Assembly (NCBI GenBank): GCA_030372995.1
Contig: JAUCPZ010000294.1
Location: 1-21,488, forward strand
Length of the DNA: 21,488 bases
Source: Dehalococcoidia bacterium
GTDB lineage: Bacteria; Chloroflexota; Dehalococcoidia; UBA2247; RBG-13-53-26
Direction of reading: 5' to 3'
Positions 17,801 to 21,488 of this stretch are shown here, piece after piece. A model generated the notes under the pieces. That model saw nothing but the letters and a program-made list of their open reading frames with translations, had not been told where the DNA came from and made no database searches. Positions within the stretch are counted from its first letter, which is position 1, and each line of letters begins with the position of its first letter. The position numbers and the translations under genes are program-made.

Positions 17801-19027
17801 ATGGCTGACTTTCCTCTCCAGGGAATAAGGGTGATCAGTTTCGGTACCGGTGGAGTCATACCGGACTTCGGCAAGATCCTCGGGGAACTCGGCGCCGATG
17901 TCATCAAAGTGGAGTGCCGGGAGAACCCTGACTTCATGCGGACCATCGGGGCTGATCCCGATAACATAGCCGGATTCAACGAGTCAAACCGCAACAAGCG
18001 CGAGATCGGGCTCAACATGAAGACCGAGAAGGGGCAGGAGATCGCGAAGAGGCTCATCAAGGTGGCTGACATAGTAGGCGAGAACCTCCGTGGCGGGGTC
18101 ATGAAGAGCCTCAACCTGGACTATGAGAGCGTCCGCAAGGTCAAGCCCGACATCATCTACATCAGCAGCAATGGCTACGGGAGCGGCGGGCCGTACTCAG
18201 AGTACCAGGCCTACGGCCCGATGCTTTCCGCTTTCTCGGGTCTCCTCTCACTGTGGTGCCACCCGACCGATCCGTACCCGGCCGGAGCCAATGTACCCCT
18301 ACCGGACCATTACGCCAGCAAGATGCTGGTGGTTGCGGCGCTGGCTGCCCTGGACTACAGGCGCCGCACCGGCAAGGGACAATTTGTCGACATGTCCCAG
18401 GTGGAGATGGCAGCCAATATGATCGGCGAATACTGCCTCGAGTACACCATCAACGAGCGGGTGCCGCAGCCGGTCGGTAACCGCTGTCCGTACGCGGCTC
18501 CCCATAACGCGTACCGCTGCAAGGGGAATGACCAGTGGTGTGCCATCAGCGTCTTCACCGATGCCGAGTGGCACAGCTTCTGCCGGGCGATCGGCAATCC
18601 TCCGTGGACGAAGGAGGCCAAGTTTGCTGACCTGCCTGGCCGGCTGAAGCACGTTGATGAACTGGACAAGCATGTGGAAGAGTGGACGCTGCAGCACGAA
18701 CCGCGCGAGATCATGATCGTGCTGCAGAACGCGGGTGTCGCGGCGGGCGTCCTGTACCGCCCGGCCGAAATCCTGGATGATCCGCAACTGAAATGGCTAA
18801 ACGCCATCGTGGAGGTTGATCATCCGGTGGCCGGCAAGAGACTTTACCCGGGTATTCCATTCCACATCTCCGATGTTACCCTCCCGCCAAGCAGGCCGGC
18901 GCCGATACTTGGCCAGCACACTGAAGAGATATGCCGGGAAGTGCTGAAGATGTCTCCGGACGAGATCAAGGCCTTGATAGAAGAAGGCGTGCTGGAGGTA
19001 CCAACGCGGGACACTCAGAAGAAATGA
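17801..19027 (+). CDS. family III CoA-transferase (CaiB/BaiF/Frc family), second paralog
   Basis: IRVISFGTGGVIPDFGKILGELGADVIKVECRENPD, then AYGPMLSAFSGL (CaiB-like), PLPDHYAS and APILGQHTEEI. It starts 15 nt after the first paralog, with GGAAGGAGA upstream. Confidence 0.9.
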   Translation: MADFPLQGIRVISFGTGGVIPDFGKILGELGADVIKVECRENPDFMRTIGADPDNIAGFNESNRNKREIGLNMKTEKGQEIAKRLIKVADIVGENLRGGVMKSLNLDYESVRKVKPDIIYISSNGYGSGGPYSEYQAYGPMLSAFSGLLSLWCHPTDPYPAGANVPLPDHYASKMLVVAALAALDYRRRTGKGQFVDMSQVEMAANMIGEYCLEYTINERVPQPVGNRCPYAAPHNAYRCKGNDQWCAISVFTDAEWHSFCRAIGNPPWTKEAKFADLPGRLKHVDELDKHVEEWTLQHEPREIMIVLQNAGVAAGVLYRPAEILDDPQLKWLNAIVEVDHPVAGKRLYPGIPFHISDVTLPPSRPAPILGQHTEEICREVLKMSPDEIKALIEEGVLEVPTRDTQKK

Positions 19028-19090
19028 TGGGCGGCTCGGCAGGCGTGGGGAATTGCTGAGTCAGGCTCCCATCTTAAGGTAGAATGGTTT

Positions 19091-19119
19091 GCGGGCCAGA
19101 TCGCCGGGATCTGGCCCGC
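19091..19119. terminator. GC-rich hairpin between convergent genes (possible bidirectional terminator)
   Basis: Perfect 12-bp inverted repeat GCGGGCCAGATC (19091-19102) / GATCTGGCCCGC (19108-19119) with a 5-nt loop. There is no clear U-tract on either side. Confidence 0.45.
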
Positions 19120-19151
19120 GCTGTGTCCGAATGTTGCCGTCATACGCGGAA

Positions 19152-19535
19152 TCAGTGTGGCCGCCTCCGCCGTGTCTTTGATTCGATTCTCCGCAGCTTC
19201 TCTTCACCGATCCCGAAATGATGGGCGATCTCGTGACGAACTACCCTCCCTATCTCAGCTTCGACTTCGGACTCAGAACGACACCTTTCTTCAATGGGCT
19301 TCTGGAAGATGACTATGCGGTCTGGGAGCACCATGCCGTATGCGTGTGTGCGGCTGGTTTGAGGGACACCTTCGTAGAGACCCAGAAGCGTCATACCCCT
19401 CCCGATCCGATTCAACTGCTTCCTGTTGGGGCTGTCTTGGACCACGATGTCCACGTTCTCAAGAGCGCTGCGGAATTCCTCCGGGAGGTCATCGACTGCC
19501 TTGGCTACCAGTTCCCCAAAACGCTCTCTGGTCAT
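19152..19535 (-). CDS. small zincin-like metallopeptidase family protein (DUF1025-like)
   Basis: The 127-aa ORF carries an HEIAHHFG (HExxH) motif near the C-terminus. It also has a conserved-looking DIVVQDSP / LLGLYEG core. An AGGAAGG RBS lies upstream. Confidence 0.8.
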   Translation of the reverse strand: MTRERFGELVAKAVDDLPEEFRSALENVDIVVQDSPNRKQLNRIGRGMTLLGLYEGVPQTSRTHAYGMVLPDRIVIFQKPIEERCRSESEVEAEIGRVVRHEIAHHFGIGEEKLRRIESKTRRRRPH

Positions 19536-19654
19536 ATCACCGCCTTCCTTTCACCGAAATGTGAACCTCATCATCATTCGGTACGATTGGGAAAGCCCGG
19601 ACAGCCCTCTCGTGAATAGGGACCGGACAGTAGGTAGGGCACACCGCATCGGGA

Positions 19655-19663
19655 ATTATATCA
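19655..19663 (-). promoter_or_regulatory. putative extended -10 element upstream of the metallopeptidase gene
   Basis: The minus strand reads TGaTATAAT (TATAAT = 19660-19655). I saw no good -35. It would give a 5' UTR of about 110 nt. Confidence 0.35.
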
Positions 19664-19762
19664 CCGGGAGACGGGCGCCAGTGGGGCAGGCTTCCGCTTG
19701 GAATGCGTTGGTGAGGTCGGTATCTGAAATCGAGCGAGGAAGAACGGTGGGGAGCAAGGTGC

Positions 19763-20224
19763 CTAGGTGGTGCTGGGCGCCTTTCTGTTGAACGCTACCG
19801 TGATCACCCCTGAAGCCGGGGCGCTTTCTTCCGTGCAGACCACCCGAAGATACTGAGTGCCGTTCGGTGCAATGTTGACTGTCTTACTGGAGGAGTAGCT
19901 CACATACTCGAAGTCAGCTCCCGGACCGTCCTGGTCTACCAGCATCTTCACCTCAATTCCGCTGTCAGGGTTGTCCAGAGTGCAGGCGTACTGCATTCCG
20001 TAGGTAATCTCGGCTGCGTTGATCACGGTGAAATCCACGTATTGGCCTGGATACAGCGTGACATTCTCAACCGTGAGCGGCTGTACTGAGATTGGCTCCC
20101 TGACGGTGACAGGGATGTCCCTGGTTGTCAACTTGTAGGCGGCCCAGGCCGTGCCCGCCGCGACTATGACCAACAGCACGGCCAGCGTCCATAAGGGAAT
20201 GATGCCCCACAACTTCTTGCGCAT
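19763..20224 (-). CDS. secreted or membrane-anchored beta-rich protein with TasA-like (SipW-type) signal peptide
   Basis: The ATG has AAGGAGG 6 nt upstream. The N-terminus is MRKKLWGIIPLWTLAVLLVIVAAGTAWAAY. That gives a basic n-region, a hydrophobic core and GT(A)WAAY, compared with TasA GGGTWAAF. The remainder is Thr/Val-rich and predicted beta. Confidence 0.65.
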   Translation of the reverse strand: MRKKLWGIIPLWTLAVLLVIVAAGTAWAAYKLTTRDIPVTVREPISVQPLTVENVTLYPGQYVDFTVINAAEITYGMQYACTLDNPDSGIEVKMLVDQDGPGADFEYVSYSSSKTVNIAPNGTQYLRVVCTEESAPASGVITVAFNRKAPSTT

Positions 20225-20249
20225 CGGATGCCTCCTTTCTCTACTGTGT

Positions 20250-20387
20250 CTATTCTTCGTGGCGCTCTCCCCACCGTTCTGCTCGCTCGGTCATGGCGGC
20301 AATCGCCGGCCAATGGGCAAGATGAGATCGCAGAGATCCGGCGACGGCAGCCAACCTTGAGATGTTGTGGCAGCTCGAGGTGATCAT
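20250..20387 (-). CDS. hypothetical 45-aa protein (first cistron of the promoter-proximal operon)
   Basis: ATG 20387 is preceded by GGAGGTG at a 9-nt spacing, about 40 nt downstream of a near-consensus promoter. The stop lies 25 nt before the next gene. The sequence is MITSSCHNISRLAAVAGSLRSHLAHWPAIAAMTERAERWGERHEE. I recognise no family. Confidence 0.35.
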   Translation of the reverse strand: MITSSCHNISRLAAVAGSLRSHLAHWPAIAAMTERAERWGERHEE

Positions 20388-20426
20388 GGTAAGTCTCACC
20401 TCCAGGCCCGCGCGCATTCCATAACG

Positions 20427-20462
20427 ATTATAGATTATAGAGTTAATATCATAAAAGATCAA
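20427..20462 (-). promoter_or_regulatory. near-consensus sigma70-type promoter with duplicated -10 box
   Basis: On the minus strand: TTGATC (20462-20457), a 17-nt spacer, then TATAAT (20439-20434). A second TATAAT (20432-20427) follows directly. The block is a local AT-rich island. Confidence 0.65.
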
Positions 20463-20776
20463 ATCCATCATATACGGGTTATGCGCCGTTAGCAGCCAGA
20501 CCTCGCATCTCTGGCAAGTTGGTCTGCTTTCCGGCATCTCCCGTTTCACGTGACTGCGCGGGTGGGATGAAGTCACGCAGCTCCTCGTCCGCGCCTCCGG
20601 AGGTTGGTGCAAAGGGACACTGCAGCGCGGAGGCGCGCGTTGTGAACAGCGCCGGAGCATTCGGCGAGTCCTGGCCGGGGGCCGTCACCGCCGGATAGGC
20701 AATGAGGGTGCGGACATTCGACGTTGGCGTCTTGGCAACGCGCAGACCTCAGCGTTGTCGTTGAGGATGATGAGGC

Positions 20777-20872
20777 TGGTGAGGCGCACAGGACTCGAAC
20801 CTGTAACCGGCTGATTAAGAGGTAGGCTTGAGACAAGCCGCCAATTCGTTGCTGAACCGACCGCTTGCCTCC
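20777..20872 (-). ncRNA. tRNA-like RNA: canonical T-arm, 3' acceptor strand and encoded ACCA, with a non-cloverleaf 5' region
   Basis: The minus strand ends ...ACAGG-TTCGAGT-CCTGT-GCGCCTC-A-CCA, running from 20804 to 20777. The 5' end GAGGC (20871-20867) pairs with GCCTC for 5 bp, followed by 2 mismatches. The remainder forms a 9-position helix CGGTCGGTT/AATCAGCCG (6 Watson-Crick pairs, 2 G-U wobbles, one C/A mismatch) and a GGCTTG-TCT-CAAGCC hairpin. I could not build a D-arm or a 7-nt anticodon loop with U33. Confidence 0.5.
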
Positions 20873-20883
20873 TTTCGATCAAT

Positions 20884-20912
20884 ACTGTAGGAGGCTCGAG
20901 GAGAGATGTCAA
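20884..20912 (-). promoter_or_regulatory. promoter of the tRNA-like RNA
   Basis: On the minus strand: TTGACA (20912-20907), a 17-nt spacer, then TACAGT (20889-20884). The predicted TSS at about 20876-20877 lies roughly 5 nt upstream of the RNA's 5' pairing strand. Confidence 0.55.
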
Positions 20913-20967
20913 ATCCAGCAATCGGAATCCGGCAGATTCATCTCATTATGTCGTAATGGATATTCTC

Positions 20968-20986
20968 AACCGGTTCTCCGGTTTTT
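20968..20986 (+). terminator. possible plus-strand intrinsic terminator
   Basis: AACCGG-TTCT-CCGGTT hairpin (6 bp) running into TTTTT (20982-20986). The U-tract exists only for a plus-strand transcript. Confidence 0.35.
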
Positions 20987-21302
20987 CGGGTCGGATTTCG
21001 ATCGGCCCCGTAATTGTATCACAGATCGTCACTGCACATTATTAGAATAATGACTTTCCGAATTCAGATACGCGCTCAGCAGCGAAAAAGAGTGTCTGAC
21101 ATCATGAAGGGGATCGAAAACCTCGATCGATGCAAGACCCGAAAATGAGGCAAAACAGACGAATTGTTAATTGCGGAGGAACAATCATTGCGAATAGTGA
21201 AGAAAAGCAAACAGCGGACGCGGAAGGGAACCGGCCAGAGGTCCCGCGGCCAGCAGACCTTGCATTACACTGGCCTAGCGGCCTGGCGCTTGCAGCCAGC
21301 GT

Positions 21303-21488
21303 CTACACTATCTGCTCGAAATGGGCGACGACAGTCTTGTCGGAATCCATAGTGATAGTGGTAACCGGCGAAGTGCCCGAAGCATCCCCGCTCCAGTGGG
21401 AAAACTTGTACAGCGGGGCCGGGACCGCAGTTAGTTCCACTGGCAAGCCCGCAACATACGGACCAGTTGGTGGGACGACTGTCACAGC
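21303..21488 (-). CDS. InlB B-repeat (Listeria-Bacteroides repeat)-containing protein, C-terminal fragment; the 5' end lies beyond the window
   Basis: ...LTAVPAPLYKFSHWSGDASGTSPVTTITMDSDKTVVAHFE matches the Y.F..WsGd....t.tm..dk.v.A.F repeat consensus. The frame is open to the window edge. Confidence 0.6.
   Translation of the reverse strand, partial: AVTVVPPTGPYVAGLPVELTAVPAPLYKFSHWSGDASGTSPVTTITMDSDKTVVAHFEQIV

Noticed and set aside
20421-20470. AT-rich block with tandem GATTATA GATTATA, considered as an IS end, a repeat or a CRISPR leader
   Set aside because: There are only two 7-nt copies, with no flanking inverted repeats or spacers. It is fully explained as duplicated -10 boxes of a promoter with a correctly spaced -35.
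20479-20836. Track ORFs of 69 aa (20479-20688) and 87 aa (20573-20836) on the minus strand
   Set aside because: They have no Shine-Dalgarno sequence and give Pro/Ala/Arg/Ser-rich low-complexity products. The second runs through the tRNA-like element. I treated the region as non-coding or possibly decayed.
20777-20872. Canonical tRNA, type II (Leu/Ser) tRNA, or tRNA-Sec
   Set aside because: I tried several registers. The last two acceptor pairs mismatch, and no complementary D-stem exists. The UCA, CUU and UAA triplets present cannot be placed in a 7-nt loop with U33/R37 closed by a 5-6 bp stem. I kept it as a tRNA-like ncRNA rather than calling an isotype.
20777-21130. tmRNA (ssrA) hypothesis for the T-arm/ACCA element
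   Set aside because: The acceptor would pair G-C at position 3-70 rather than the universal G.U Ala identity pair. I found no matching 5' GGGG... acceptor strand or GGAUUCGAC-like element 300-400 nt upstream. I saw no tag-peptide reading frame.

Overview
This 21.5 kb bacterial window (about 58% GC) is mostly core housekeeping genes. Genes are tightly packed, many with overlapping stop/start codons. I saw no CRISPR array, transposase, integrase, rRNA or recognisable defence system.

Left to right:
- A DegV-family protein.
- A MacB/FtsX-type ABC exporter: an ATPase plus a 990-aa permease with two FtsX modules. It is flanked by two small membrane proteins of unknown function.
- A ribosomal-protein operon rplU-rpmA-rpmE, followed by a DUF1385 gene.
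- A long minus-strand gene string: rpiB-dxs-polyprenyl synthase-PduO adenosyltransferase-hisA-hisI.
- A stand-alone LiaF-like domain protein.
- A divergent acyl-CoA cluster. One arm has a Cys-rich small protein, a PHP phosphoesterase and an NDP-forming acyl-CoA synthetase alpha-type protein. The other arm has two tandem family III CoA-transferases.
- A small zincin-like metallopeptidase.
- An AT-richer, gene-poor right end (19.7-21.5 kb).

The right end is the only part that looks accessory or unexplained. It holds:
- A near-consensus promoter driving a 45-aa ORF plus a secreted protein with a TasA-like signal peptide.
- A roughly 300 nt GC-rich structured spacer with no convincing gene.
- A promoter-driven RNA of about 95-100 nt. 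It has a textbook tRNA T-arm, 3' acceptor strand and encoded CCA, but its 5' two-thirds cannot form a cloverleaf.
- The 3' end of an InlB B-repeat surface protein.

Other oddities are an apparent ATC start codon for rplU, a degenerate second Asp-rich motif in the polyprenyl synthase, and convergent genes sharing a CTAG stop.

All functional calls come from motif and family recognition by eye on the supplied translations. No database search was run.
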